A stretch of 58,470 nucleotides of DNA from the IMG/VR virus record IMGVR_UViG_3300042397_002506, positions 1 to 58,470 of that record. The stretch is one strand, 5' to 3'. This document shows, piece by piece, positions 37,434 to 47,503 of the stretch. This DNA is from a virus (Duplodnaviria > Caudoviricetes). A model generated the notes under the pieces. It was not told the DNA's origin, did no database searches, and was given only the letters and a program-made list of their open reading frames with translations. Made by a program: the position numbers and the translations under genes. The first letter of the stretch is position 1; every line of letters begins with the position of its first letter.

Positions 37434-39368
37434 ATGGCTTTTTCCGTAAGTCCTTCCGTTATTGTTCGCGAAGTGGACGCAAGTCAGTCAGTTTCTGGCT
37501 TTGCAACTCCACCAGCAGCAATCGCGGGAATTTTTAAATGGGGTCCAACTAACGATCCTATTCTGATTACGTCAGAAAATGATCTAGTAGACCGCTTTGG
37601 TAAACCAACAGACACAAACTATGAGACATTTTTTACTGCGGCAGATTATCTTTCGTACTCAAACGCGGTTTATGTAGTTCGTGCTGACGACGGTTCTGAA
37701 ACTGCTTCAGGTACATCACTTGTTCTTAATGGTAATAATGAAGTTATTCCGGGAAGTAGTGTTTATGGTGCTTTTGATGCAAAATATCCAGGCGCATTAG
37801 GTAACTCTATTGAAGTTGCTTGGTCTACAAAAGACGCTTTTTCTAAAGAAATTGCTGCAGTCGGTACTATTCCACCTAACGCTATTGCAAACACATCAGT
37901 TACTCAAACTATAGCATTTAATGCTAATACGGTTTCTTTTGAAGTTGCAAACAACGTTAGTATTCCGACTATCACTGCCGGTGACGTTATGGTTGTTGGC
38001 AACTCAAGTGTTGGCTTCCAAGAATTGGTTGTTACAGCAGCGTCTGTTACTAACATTCAACAAACTTTTGGTACTGGTAATACTGCAATAACTGCTACGG
38101 TTGGTTTTACACAATCTATTTCGTTTAGCAGCAGATATACGTTAGCAGAATCTAATCTAAACAATTTATCTGTTGTTAAAAAATGGCAATATGGTTCAGT
38201 ATTTGGTAAAGCACCAAACACAAATTATGTACACGTAGCTGTTATCGATAAAGACGGTTTAATTAGTGGTACTCCAAACGCTGTGCTTGAAAGATTTGAA
38301 AACTTATCTACTGCTAATAATGCAACAACTCCGCAAGGCGCAACTAATTACTACGCAACAGTTATTGACAACATGTCTTCATGGATTAAAGTTGCTAATA
38401 CTACAGTAATTGGGGCAGCAACTTCGCAAGAAAACGTGTATGAAAGAATGGACGGCGGAACAGACACATCAACAGAAAGTAATGCAACTCTAAGCTCTTT
38501 AGCATTCGCTTGGGATACTTTAAAGAATACAAACGAAATTGATATTTCTTTTGTTCTTCAAGGTAAAGGCGATGATGCTGGTGTTAGAGCAAACTACATT
38601 GTTTCAAACGTTGTAGACTACAGAAGAGATTGCGTAGCTTTCTTATCACCTTCTAAAGAAGCTGTTGTTGACGAGCTTAAGACTAATACTAAGATGGATA
38701 ACGCTATTGCATATCGCAACAAGATCCAGAACTCATCATATGCATTTATGGATAGCGGTTATAAGTACCGTTATGACAAATACAATGATAAGTATCGTTG
38801 GACTCCTCTAAACGGCGATATGGCAGGTCTTTCTTCAAGAGTTGAAGCTTGGGAATCACCAGCTGGCTATAGAAAAGGTATCATCAAAAACATTGTTAAG
38901 CTAGCTTTTAATCCAAGCAAGCCACAAAGAGATGTACTATACAGCGCAGACGTTAACCCAGTTATGTCACAAACTGGCCGTGGTATTGTTCTATTTGGCG
39001 ATAAAACAATGCTTGGTCTTGCAAGCGCATTTGATCGCATTAATGTTCGTAGACTGTTTATTGCGGTTGAAAAATCAATTGCTACAGCAGCTGAAAGTTT
39101 CTTATTTGAATTTAATGATGAATTTTCTCAGACGCAATTCAAGAATATTGTAGATCCGTTCCTTCGCGATATTCAAGGTCGTCGTGGTATTATTGACTTT
39201 AGAGTCGTTTCTGACGCTTCTGTTAATACACCAGAAATCATCGACCAAAACAAGTTCCGCGCAAGCATCTTTATCAAACCTGCTCGTTCTATTAATGTTA
39301 TCGAACTTACATTCGTAGCAACTAGAACAGGTGTAGAATTTGATGAAATTGTTGGCCAACTTACTTAA
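37434..39368 (+). CDS. 18: Tail sheath protein gp18
   Basis: SP.V.VREVD, F.WGP, FGKP, KY.YDKYND..RW.PLNGD.AG, SAFDRINVRRLF. Confidence 0.95.
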   Translation: MAFSVSPSVIVREVDASQSVSGFATPPAAIAGIFKWGPTNDPILITSENDLVDRFGKPTDTNYETFFTAADYLSYSNAVYVVRADDGSETASGTSLVLNGNNEVIPGSSVYGAFDAKYPGALGNSIEVAWSTKDAFSKEIAAVGTIPPNAIANTSVTQTIAFNANTVSFEVANNVSIPTITAGDVMVVGNSSVGFQELVVTAASVTNIQQTFGTGNTAITATVGFTQSISFSSRYTLAESNLNNLSVVKKWQYGSVFGKAPNTNYVHVAVIDKDGLISGTPNAVLERFENLSTANNATTPQGATNYYATVIDNMSSWIKVANTTVIGAATSQENVYERMDGGTDTSTESNATLSSLAFAWDTLKNTNEIDISFVLQGKGDDAGVRANYIVSNVVDYRRDCVAFLSPSKEAVVDELKTNTKMDNAIAYRNKIQNSSYAFMDSGYKYRYDKYNDKYRWTPLNGDMAGLSSRVEAWESPAGYRKGIIKNIVKLAFNPSKPQRDVLYSADVNPVMSQTGRGIVLFGDKTMLGLASAFDRINVRRLFIAVEKSIATAAESFLFEFNDEFSQTQFKNIVDPFLRDIQGRRGIIDFRVVSDASVNTPEIIDQNKFRASIFIKPARSINVIELTFVATRTGVEFDEIVGQLT

Positions 39369-39396
39369 TAAATAGATTTAAATAGGAGATAGACAT

Positions 39397-39930
39397 ATGG
39401 CATTTAACATCAACCAGTTCAAGTCAGAACTTGTAGGTGGCGGTGCACGTCCTACACTCTTCCAATGTCAAATCACTAACCCTGTTAATCCAGCTGCTGA
39501 TATCAAAATTCCATTTATGATTAGAGCAGCTGGCATTCCAGAGTCAACACTTGGTCAATACGTGGTGCCTTATTTTGGGCGCCAGGTCAAGTATGCTGGT
39601 GATAGAACATTTGCAGATTGGACAGTAACCGTTATCAACGACGAAGATTTTGCTATTCGCAACTCTATGGAAGAGTGGATGAACTTCATCAACTCACATG
39701 ACTCTAACTCAAGAGGTTTACCTCAACAGTACAAGTCTACCGGACAAGTTACTCAATATAGTAAAGATGGTTCACCACTGCGTACATACGTTTTCGAAGG
39801 TATGTTCCCAATTTCTGTTGATGGTATTCAATTGGATTGGTCTCAAACAGACGCAATTGAAGAATTTAATATTACATTCCAGTACGATTTATGGAAAGTT
39901 GAAGGCGCTACCGGCATTCCAACTACGTAA
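39397..39930 (+). CDS. 19: Tail tube protein gp19
   Basis: GGARP.LF, F.GR..K.AGDRTF.DW.VTV.NDEDF.IR, IEEF..TF.Y. Confidence 0.95.
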   Translation: MAFNINQFKSELVGGGARPTLFQCQITNPVNPAADIKIPFMIRAAGIPESTLGQYVVPYFGRQVKYAGDRTFADWTVTVINDEDFAIRNSMEEWMNFINSHDSNSRGLPQQYKSTGQVTQYSKDGSPLRTYVFEGMFPISVDGIQLDWSQTDAIEEFNITFQYDLWKVEGATGIPTT

Positions 39931-39952
39931 TTATATAATATGAGGAAATAAA

Positions 39953-41581
39953 GTGAAGATATTTGGCTTTGAAATAAAAAGAGAAGACGACGAAGACACC
40001 GGCACAGCGCCGGTTTCTTTTGCCGAGCCCCAAAATGACGACGGTGCTATTACCGTTGGCACTGCTATGGGCGGGTTTTATAGTACCATTCTTGATATGG
40101 AAGGTACTGCTAAAACAGAATCTGAATTAGTAACCAAATATCGCGGTTTAGCGATGCAGCCTGAAATTAACCAAGCTGTAGACGAAATTGTAAACGAAGC
40201 AATTAGCGTAGACTTAGATGAAGACGTTGTTGAATTGGTTTTAGATGATGTAGATTTACCAGACAAAGTTAAAGATAAGCTTACCGAAGAATTTCAAGAA
40301 GTACTTTCTTTAATGGATTTTTCTAATGCAGCTTACGATATTTTTAGTAAATTTTATGTTGATGGTAGATTAAACTATCATGTTATTATTGATAATGACA
40401 ATATCAAAGATGGTATTCAAGAACTAAGATATGTAGATCCTCGTAAAATCAAACTTATTCGTGAAATGGATAAGAGAGAAAAAGATCCACATTCTGGCAT
40501 GCCAATTAAAAAAATCAAAAACGAATACTACATGTATTCAGAAAACGGTTTTGGCACAGATAATTCAACTAGCGTATCGCAAGGTGTTCAAGGATATAGG
40601 ATTGCAAAAGACTCTATTGCTCGTGTAACATCAGGTATTATGAGCGAAAACAACTCACTTGTTCTTTCTCATTTGCATCCAGCTATTAAGCCAATCAACC
40701 AGTTAAGGATGCTTGAAGATGCTACAATCATTTATACTCTTACACGAGCTCCTGAAAGAAGAATTTTCTATATTGACGTTGGTAATCTTCCTAAGTCGAA
40801 AGCTGAGCAGTATCTAAGAGACATGATGACTCGCCACAAGAATAAGTTGCAATATAATTCTGCAACTGGCGAAATATCTGATGCTCGTAAAATGATGACA
40901 ATGACAGAAGACTTTTGGTTCCCACGTAGAGGCGGGGAAAGAACTACAGAAGTTGATACTCTAGCAGGTGGTAGTGCAGCAGGTTTAACTGATGACAGTA
41001 ACATGCAATACTTCCAACGAAAACTTTACAAATCACTTAAAGTTCCTTTATCTCGTTTAGAACCAGAAACAATGTATTCGTTTGGTCGTGTTTCAGAAAT
41101 CACTCGAGACGAATTAAAATTCGGTAAGTTTATTAAGCGTTTAAGAACACGATTTGCATCTATTTTTAACCAACTATTAGAAAAGCAAGTTATTCTTAAA
41201 GGTATAATGACACCTGAAGAATTTGCTGAGATTAAAAATGATTTACGCTTTGACTTCATTAAAGATAACTATTTTGAAGAATTAAAAGAAGCAGAAATTA
41301 TGCGAGAGAGACTTTCTACTCTTCAGCAAGTTCAAGATCATATTGGCACATATTATTCTAAAGCATGGATTCGTAAAAATGTTCTTCGCATGTCAGATGA
41401 AGAAGTAAAAGATATGGATAAAGAGATGGCCAAAGAAGGCCCAATAGAAGATCCTGACGAAGAAGAAGCTGATGCTGCTCCACCACAAGCATCAGCCCCA
41501 GTTGCTGCACCATCAGCAATTCCGCCAGCGCAATTACAAAGTAGTACTACCCGAAAAAATACAAAGATTATAAATGGATAA
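39953..41581 (+). CDS. 20: Portal protein gp20
   Basis: YR.LA..PE...AVDEIVNE, RAPERRIFYIDVGNLPK.KAEQYL, EDFW.PRR.G...TEV.TL. Confidence 0.95.
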   Translation: MKIFGFEIKREDDEDTGTAPVSFAEPQNDDGAITVGTAMGGFYSTILDMEGTAKTESELVTKYRGLAMQPEINQAVDEIVNEAISVDLDEDVVELVLDDVDLPDKVKDKLTEEFQEVLSLMDFSNAAYDIFSKFYVDGRLNYHVIIDNDNIKDGIQELRYVDPRKIKLIREMDKREKDPHSGMPIKKIKNEYYMYSENGFGTDNSTSVSQGVQGYRIAKDSIARVTSGIMSENNSLVLSHLHPAIKPINQLRMLEDATIIYTLTRAPERRIFYIDVGNLPKSKAEQYLRDMMTRHKNKLQYNSATGEISDARKMMTMTEDFWFPRRGGERTTEVDTLAGGSAAGLTDDSNMQYFQRKLYKSLKVPLSRLEPETMYSFGRVSEITRDELKFGKFIKRLRTRFASIFNQLLEKQVILKGIMTPEEFAEIKNDLRFDFIKDNYFEELKEAEIMRERLSTLQQVQDHIGTYYSKAWIRKNVLRMSDEEVKDMDKEMAKEGPIEDPDEEEADAAPPQASAPVAAPSAIPPAQLQSSTTRKNTKIING

Positions 41582-41617
41582 ATATAATCAAATCAAATTA
41601 AACCCAGGAGATTCCCG

Positions 41618-43390
41618 ATGAAGTCCTTTAAAGCAATGATGGCAGAAGTTGCGCAACCAGAACCAGCAGAAGAAAAAGCTTTTAAAGCTCAGCACAAGGT
41701 TGAGGTGAAGAATCACCCAGTTGCTCCTGAGACACAGTTTAAAGGCACTAAGCCAAAAGCAAAGAATAAAGCAGACCAAGAAGGCGATGCTAATTACGAT
41801 CTTGCATATGAATCTGTTGATCTTGAAGAGATGAAGGTTAAAAACTCTGATGCTGCTTTTAAACTTGAAACAGAAATTTCAAATTTAGAAAAACGAATCG
41901 AAAAATTAAAACCTTTAGCACCAAAAGATGACGAAGCTAATATGAAATTAGCTATGGCTAAAAAATCTTTAAAGCAAAAGCAAGATGCGCATAGTGCATT
42001 AATGAGAGAATCTACAGATCTAACAGAACAGCCTCAAGAAGAAATTCCAATGATGATGAATCAACTAGCATTTATTTGCTATGCTGCTGAAGAAATTTCT
42101 GGTATGCTAAAGCTTAATAGCGACCCAGAAGAGTGGTTCCAAAATAAATTAGCTGCTACACATTCAGAAATGAAAACCTTGTATTCGTATATGCAAGGAC
42201 AAAATCAGATGGACTACATGAACATGGGTTACGCTGATGATATGGATGAAGCACTTTCTCCTAAGCAAAAGAAAATAGACCATAATAAGAATAATAAGAT
42301 TGATGGTGAAGACTTGGCTATGATTAGAGCTAAGAAGAATGAAGGTTTTGCTTCTGATGCACAACGCAAAGCAATCTGGGCATCTAAAAATGAAAAAGGT
42401 GTTAAAGAAGAACTTAAAGGCGATCAGCACAAGATTGATAAAAATAAGAACGGTAAAATCGATAAGCACGATTTTAAGTTATTAAACAAAGAAGCTGCTG
42501 AGCAAGTAGATGAAGGCCGTGGCGATGCTGTTATTAAAACAACAGCTAATAACATGGACGATAACGATAAGCATATCAGTAAATTGAAAAAAGCTGGTAT
42601 TTTTGCACAACAAGGTGCAGGCGCTGGACATCATATTATTGTTGGTCAAAGAGATCATGAAAAGGCTAAAAAGCTTTTAGCTGGTAGCTTAAAAGAAGAA
42701 GTAGAACAAGTAGATGAAGCTCAAAGTCATCAGGCTAAAACTACAATGAAGCACATTAACAATCCAACTGCCGGTGAAAAGAAAGCAGCAAAAGATATTA
42801 AACCTGGTATAGCAGGTGTTGCTGATCGTATTGCTATGTTAGCATCAGCTCAAGCACGAGGCGCTTTAAAGAAAGAAGCAGCAGAAAAACCAGTAAGCCC
42901 TTTTGATTTAAAGAATTATAAGAGCCAGATCCCAACAAAGGCTGGTGAAAAGGCTGGTTTTGATTCTAAGAAAGTTTCTACGGGTACTGTCTATTCTAGA
43001 AAGCCGGTAAAAGAAGCTGCTTACGAAAAAGACATGGATGACAAGAAAAAGGTTGTTGTTAAAGGTGTTAAGGGTATGAAGTCAACACCGTTCACTAAGA
43101 CATTTAGAAATATGGCTGCTTACGATAAGTGGTCTGATTCTGACGCGGCTGGTGATTACGAAGTTCAACACGTAATGCATGAAGAAGTTGAGTTAGACGA
43201 AGCATTCCAACAAGGTATTGTTAAGTTTAAAGATGGTTCATCATCGGTTCTTAAAAAAGAAGATGCCGACATTCTTAATAAACTTATGGGCGGTATGTCT
43301 TCTGGTAGCGTAAAGAAAATGACTGAAACTGCAATGAAAGATAAAACAGGATTTGCAGAAATTTTAGCATTTGCTAAAGAGGCAATGTAA
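41618..43390 (+). CDS. Prohead core/internal head protein (gp67/gp68 position), Lys/Glu-rich
   Basis: Lies between portal and protease. MKSFK start, many (V/L/M)xE motifs, two DxNxNxKID motifs. Confidence 0.6.
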   Translation: MKSFKAMMAEVAQPEPAEEKAFKAQHKVEVKNHPVAPETQFKGTKPKAKNKADQEGDANYDLAYESVDLEEMKVKNSDAAFKLETEISNLEKRIEKLKPLAPKDDEANMKLAMAKKSLKQKQDAHSALMRESTDLTEQPQEEIPMMMNQLAFICYAAEEISGMLKLNSDPEEWFQNKLAATHSEMKTLYSYMQGQNQMDYMNMGYADDMDEALSPKQKKIDHNKNNKIDGEDLAMIRAKKNEGFASDAQRKAIWASKNEKGVKEELKGDQHKIDKNKNGKIDKHDFKLLNKEAAEQVDEGRGDAVIKTTANNMDDNDKHISKLKKAGIFAQQGAGAGHHIIVGQRDHEKAKKLLAGSLKEEVEQVDEAQSHQAKTTMKHINNPTAGEKKAAKDIKPGIAGVADRIAMLASAQARGALKKEAAEKPVSPFDLKNYKSQIPTKAGEKAGFDSKKVSTGTVYSRKPVKEAAYEKDMDDKKKVVVKGVKGMKSTPFTKTFRNMAAYDKWSDSDAAGDYEVQHVMHEEVELDEAFQQGIVKFKDGSSSVLKKEDADILNKLMGGMSSGSVKKMTETAMKDKTGFAEILAFAKEAM

Positions 43391-43391
43391 T

Positions 43392-43616
43392 ATGGCTTGG
43401 GTAGTAGTTCCAGGATCTAACGGCATATGGGAATTTGATGATGCTGCAACTGCAGCTGACACATATGTAGATGCTAATGGAACTACTGCAGCTGGAATTA
43501 GAACGTTTACACCACCTGGTGGTAACCCACAATATACGTATGTTAAATGCAGAAAAGCTGGCGAAACATATGTTCGTGGTGAAATATCCAAGAATTATTA
43601 TGACGCTAGAGTCTAA
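43392..43616 (+). CDS. Small hypothetical late protein
   Basis: ATG 2 nt after the upstream stop, GAGG SD, 74 aa. Confidence 0.65.
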   Translation: MAWVVVPGSNGIWEFDDAATAADTYVDANGTTAAGIRTFTPPGGNPQYTYVKCRKAGETYVRGEISKNYYDARV

Positions 43617-43626
43617 TAAACGTAAT

Positions 43627-43634
43627 TATAAATA
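43627..43634 (+). promoter_or_regulatory. T4-type late promoter
   Basis: Exact TATAAATA upstream of gp21. Confidence 0.85.
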
Positions 43635-43661
43635 CAAATTAGAATAACAAAAGGTGCTTAA

Positions 43662-44354
43662 ATGAAACTAATAACCGAAGTTGTAGAAGAATGCAGCTTT
43701 AAAACAGAGCTAAATGAAGCAACAGGCGAAAAGTCTCACTTCATTGAAGGCATCTTCATGCAAGGTGATATCAAAAACCGTAATGGTAGAATGTATTCAT
43801 CTGAAATTCTTGAAAAAGAAATGAAAAGATATCAGAAAGACTTTATTAGCACTAAGAGAGCTCTTGGTGAACTAGGTCATCCTGACGGTCCAGCCATTAA
43901 TGGCGACAGAGTATCTCATCTTATTACAGAAATGAAGAGAGATGGATCTAACTTTGTTGGCAAAGCAAAAATTCTCGGCACTCCAATGGGTAATATCGTT
44001 AAGACATTAATGGACGAAGGTGTTATGTTTGGTGTATCAACTCGAGGCCTAGGCTCTGTAAAACAGACAGCAGAAGGTATTATGGAAGTCCAAAAAGATT
44101 TCCATTTAGCTACAGTTGATATTGTAACAGATCCTTCAGGTCCAAATTGCTTCGTAAATGGCATTATGGAAAACACCGAGTATTTTTACGATATTGCTCG
44201 TGGAAACTGGTTACCTACAAACGTATCAGTTGAACAAGCAATTGAAGAAATTCAAGAAGAAATTGAAAAAGAAGTTAAAAGAGTAGTTCGTCGAGTAGAC
44301 GAAAGCACAGCGGCTCGTTTGTTCGAGCGCTTTGTGAAATCGCTTAAAAATTAA
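43662..44354 (+). CDS. 21: Prohead protease gp21
   Basis: IEGIFMQ...KNRNGR.Y, ALGELGHP, GVSTRGLGS, DIV.DPS. Confidence 0.95.
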   Translation: MKLITEVVEECSFKTELNEATGEKSHFIEGIFMQGDIKNRNGRMYSSEILEKEMKRYQKDFISTKRALGELGHPDGPAINGDRVSHLITEMKRDGSNFVGKAKILGTPMGNIVKTLMDEGVMFGVSTRGLGSVKQTAEGIMEVQKDFHLATVDIVTDPSGPNCFVNGIMENTEYFYDIARGNWLPTNVSVEQAIEEIQEEIEKEVKRVVRRVDESTAARLFERFVKSLKN

Positions 44355-44359
44355 TTTAT

Positions 44360-44367
44360 TATAAATA
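44360..44367 (+). promoter_or_regulatory. T4-type late promoter
   Basis: Exact TATAAATA upstream of gp22. Confidence 0.85.
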
Positions 44368-44406
44368 GTTAAGCATATAGAATATAACCTAAAAGGAGTA
44401 AAACTT

Positions 44407-45375
44407 ATGACAAAAGAACTAGTTGAAAAACTTGCGTCTGATAACGGAGTCTCAACGATTGCAGACCCTGTAACCGGTGCAGGCGGAGCAATTGCTAAGA
44501 AAAAAGCGGATGTTAAAAAGTCTGTTGATCCAACACCTGGCAAAGTTCCTGGCGCACCAGGGGCTGTTAAAGAAGAAGCGGACGCTGACTCTGAAGTAGT
44601 TATCGAAGAAATTGAGATTGAGGAATCAATCGCAGCAATCTTCGAAGGTATGGATCTTTCAGAAGAATTCACATCTAAAGTAAAATTAGTATTTGAAGCA
44701 GCTGTTAATGAAGCAGCTACAGCAAAAGCTAACGAAATTATTGCAGAACAAACAGAAATTCTTGAAAAAGAAATGAAAGAATCTGTTGATTCAGCAGTAG
44801 AAAAAATTGTAGAAAATCTTGACTCATATCTCGACTACGTAGTAGAAGAGTGGATGAAAGAAAATGAACTTGCTATCGAAGCCGGAATTAAGGTTGAAAT
44901 GGCTGAGTCATTAATGACGGGTCTTAAGACTCTCTTTGAAGAGCACAACATCGACGTTACTGATGAAACAGTTGACGTAGTTGCTGGTCTTGAAGAAGAA
45001 GTTGAGCAACTTAAAACTACTGCTAATGAAGCAATCAACGAAAACGTTGAACTACAAAAGCAAGTAGCATCGCTCAAAGCCGGAAAAGTTTTTGACGAAA
45101 TGACTGAAGATCTTACTATCACTCAACGTGAAAGATTGAAAGTACTTTCTGAAAAGCTTGGTACTAATGATATCGAAGAATACAAATCGGATCTTACTAC
45201 TCTAAAAGAATCTTTCTTTAATACACCAAAGAAAGTTATTGCAGAAGATGTTTCCGATGTTGAGCAAGAAATCATTACAGAAGAAGCAGCAATTAAGAAA
45301 CCAGTCTCTGACTATTCTTCAATTAACGCTCTTGTTGCGTCGTTGAACTCAAGACAACAGTCAGCAAAACAGTAA
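44407..45375 (+). CDS. 22: Prohead scaffold protein gp22
   Basis: LSEEF..K...FEAAV, YLDYVVEEW..EN..A...GIK; acidic coiled-coil; synteny. Confidence 0.9.
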   Translation: MTKELVEKLASDNGVSTIADPVTGAGGAIAKKKADVKKSVDPTPGKVPGAPGAVKEEADADSEVVIEEIEIEESIAAIFEGMDLSEEFTSKVKLVFEAAVNEAATAKANEIIAEQTEILEKEMKESVDSAVEKIVENLDSYLDYVVEEWMKENELAIEAGIKVEMAESLMTGLKTLFEEHNIDVTDETVDVVAGLEEEVEQLKTTANEAINENVELQKQVASLKAGKVFDEMTEDLTITQRERLKVLSEKLGTNDIEEYKSDLTTLKESFFNTPKKVIAEDVSDVEQEIITEEAAIKKPVSDYSSINALVASLNSRQQSAKQ

Positions 45376-45379
45376 TTTT

Positions 45380-45387
45380 TATAAATA
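45380..45387 (+). promoter_or_regulatory. T4-type late promoter
   Basis: Exact TATAAATA upstream of gp23. Confidence 0.85.
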
Positions 45388-45423
45388 GATTCAGATAGAA
45401 CTTTAATTAAGGAGATAGACAAT

Positions 45424-46752
45424 ATGGCACAGTCAAACTATCAAGCACTTGTCGAAAAATGGGGCCCAATTCTTGAGCACTCTTCTTTCGCACCAATCGC
45501 TGATCAACACAAGCGTAGCGTAACTGCTACTATTCTAGAGAACACAGAGCGCGCTCTAATGGAATCAGGCGATATTTCTGCTTCCATGACAGGTTTGCTT
45601 TCTGAAACTCCAACTAACGCTGTCGGTACAGGCGGTTATAGTTCTGGTTCTACAGCTACTGGTCCAGTAGCCGGTTACGATCCAGTACTTATTTCCCTAG
45701 TACGTCGTGCAATGCCTAACCTAATGGCATATGATATTGCTGGCGTTCAACCAATGACAGGCCCAACAGGCTTGATCTTTGCAATGCGTTCTAAGTATAC
45801 AAACGCAACAAACGGTACAGAAGCTTTCTTCAATGAAACTAATACCGGTTTCTCTGGTGCAGGTACACACACTGGTACTATTCCAGGTACTGTTGCTAAC
45901 ACATCGTTGTTCTCAACTGGTACTGGTATGGCTACTGCAGCTGCTGAAGCCCTAGGCGACGGTAACGGCACTAACTTTGCAGAAATGGCTTTCTCTATCG
46001 AGAAAGTAACTGTTGCTGCTAAGTCAAGAGCTCTAAAAGCTGAGTACACTACTGAGCTTGCACAGGATCTTAAAGCCGTTCACGGTCTAGATGCTGAAAC
46101 AGAACTAGCGAACATTCTACAGTCTGAAATCTTAGTTGAAATCAACCGTGAATTAGTTCGTACAGTTTATTCTACAGCCGTAGCAGGCGCAGCAGGTACT
46201 GCAGTTGCAGGTACTTTCGATCTTGACGTTGACGCTAACGGTCGTTGGTCAGTTGAGAAATTCAAGGGTCTAATGTTCCAAATCGAACAAGAAGCCAACG
46301 CAATCGCTAAAGCTACTCGTCGTGGTAAAGGCAATATCGTTATTTGTTCTTCAGATGTTGCATCTGCTCTACAAATGGCCGGTATCCTTGACTACACTCC
46401 AGCTCTAAACGGCAACGCACTAGCCGTTGATGACACAGGCAATACATTTGCTGGTGTTCTAAACGGTCGCTACAGAGTGTACATCGATCCATATGCTGGC
46501 GCAAACTACCTAGTAGTTGGCTACAAAGGATCTTCTGCATTCGACGCAGGTCTCTTCTACTGCCCATACGTACCGCTACAAATGGTTCGCGCAGTTGGTG
46601 AGAACAGCTTCCAGCCAAAAATCGGATTCAAAACCCGTTACGGCATGGTTGCTAACCCATTCGCACGCGGCGGAGCTACTGCAAACGACGGTTCACTAGT
46701 TACAAGTACTAACGTGTACTACCGTAGAGTTGCAATCGCTAACTTGTTCTAA
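45424..46752 (+). CDS. 23: Major capsid protein gp23
   Basis: KW.PIL, LVRRAMPNL.AYDI.GVQPM.GPTGLIFAMR, AQDLKA.HGLDAE.EL, FQPKIGFKTRYG. Confidence 0.97.
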   Translation: MAQSNYQALVEKWGPILEHSSFAPIADQHKRSVTATILENTERALMESGDISASMTGLLSETPTNAVGTGGYSSGSTATGPVAGYDPVLISLVRRAMPNLMAYDIAGVQPMTGPTGLIFAMRSKYTNATNGTEAFFNETNTGFSGAGTHTGTIPGTVANTSLFSTGTGMATAAAEALGDGNGTNFAEMAFSIEKVTVAAKSRALKAEYTTELAQDLKAVHGLDAETELANILQSEILVEINRELVRTVYSTAVAGAAGTAVAGTFDLDVDANGRWSVEKFKGLMFQIEQEANAIAKATRRGKGNIVICSSDVASALQMAGILDYTPALNGNALAVDDTGNTFAGVLNGRYRVYIDPYAGANYLVVGYKGSSAFDAGLFYCPYVPLQMVRAVGENSFQPKIGFKTRYGMVANPFARGGATANDGSLVTSTNVYYRRVAIANLF

Positions 46753-46762
46753 GATAGCACAC

Positions 46763-46787
46763 AATAAGAAGGCCGGATTAACCGGCC
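46763..46787 (-). terminator. Probable minus-strand terminator at the convergent junction
   Basis: GGCCGG-N5-CCGGCC hairpin (46771-46787), followed on the minus strand by TTCTTATT. Confidence 0.5.
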
Positions 46788-46801
46788 CACTTAAAATAAT
46801 T

Positions 46802-46828
46802 GGGAAGCTTTCGAGCTTCCCTTTTTTT
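46802..46828 (+). terminator. Rho-independent terminator after gp23
   Basis: GGGAAGCT-TTCG-AGCTTCCC followed by T7. Confidence 0.9.
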
Positions 46829-46836
46829 CGTCAGTA

Positions 46837-47088
46837 TTAAGCTGCGAAATATCCGGCTGCGGCAGCAGCTGCAACGATTCCTTTAGTGAGGTTAGTACCA
46901 ACTTTGTACTTAGTCACTGTGGTGCCATTGCGTAGTTTTGTTGTATTTGCATAAATTGCAAAACCTTCTTTGCGCAACTCAGATACGGTTGCAGAAGGAT
47001 TAGCGATACCAAACATACTTGTGATTTGTTTAGGTGTAGCTGCAGAACCATTTTGCAAGAAAGAAAGCAAGCGTTCTTTTTTAGTCAT
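46837..47088 (-). CDS. Small winged-helix DNA-binding protein
   Basis: LL..L..G...T..QI...FGI.NP.A.VSELR..G..IY pattern; GGAG SD. Confidence 0.7.
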   Translation of the reverse strand: MTKKERLLSFLQNGSAATPKQITSMFGIANPSATVSELRKEGFAIYANTTKLRNGTTVTKYKVGTNLTKGIVAAAAAAGYFAA

Positions 47089-47109
47089 AAAAACTCCATT
47101 TTAAAAATT

Positions 47110-47160
47110 CCACCCTCATTTCAAAACAAGGCAACAGCGGGTGGGTATGCTGTTGCCTTG
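47110..47160 (-). promoter_or_regulatory. 12-bp hairpin (terminator-like) able to form an H-type pseudoknot
   Basis: CAAGGCAACAGC/GCTGTTGCCTTG stem followed by TTTT. Loop CCACCC is complementary to GGGTGG 11 nt downstream. Confidence 0.6.
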
Positions 47161-47169
47161 GGCATTTAA

Positions 47170-47472
47170 TTAGCTATTGCTAATACGTCGATCCATTGGA
47201 GCCAATACAGCTTCTGCAAACTGCATGAACTCTTCACTCTTAGCAGCTTCTTGTGCTAGTGTAGATGCGTGGTAAATCTTGGCAAGTCTAACAAAATCTT
47301 TCTTAGGTACCATACACTCAGTAAGAATCATCTCGGCAATACCTTTTTGATGATCTTTTTCTGCTTCAGCTCGTGTATAAGAAGCAGACATCTCAGACAA
47401 TGCTCCTTGGATTTTCTTTCGATGTTCCTCAGTAATTACTGTAGGCAACGTTTCAGTATCAATAACGCTCAT
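47170..47472 (-). CDS. DsbA-like double-stranded DNA-binding protein
   Basis: KI..AL.E.S....R.EAEKD..K.I.......KK.F..LAK.YH resembles T4-family DsbA. Confidence 0.55.
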   Translation of the reverse strand: MSVIDTETLPTVITEEHRKKIQGALSEMSASYTRAEAEKDHQKGIAEMILTECMVPKKDFVRLAKIYHASTLAQEAAKSEEFMQFAEAVLAPMDRRISNS

Positions 47473-47503
47473 AATTTTCTCCGTTTAGGTTGTTCATAGA
47501 TAT

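Noticed and set aside
347-46699. Many 60-185-aa antisense or alternate-frame ORFs within + strand genes
   Set aside because: Shadow ORFs of strongly biased coding sequence, with no recognisable motifs.
35758-46752. Introns or inteins in terminase, sheath, portal or capsid genes
   Set aside because: The ORFs are continuous and of ordinary length, with no splicing motifs seen.
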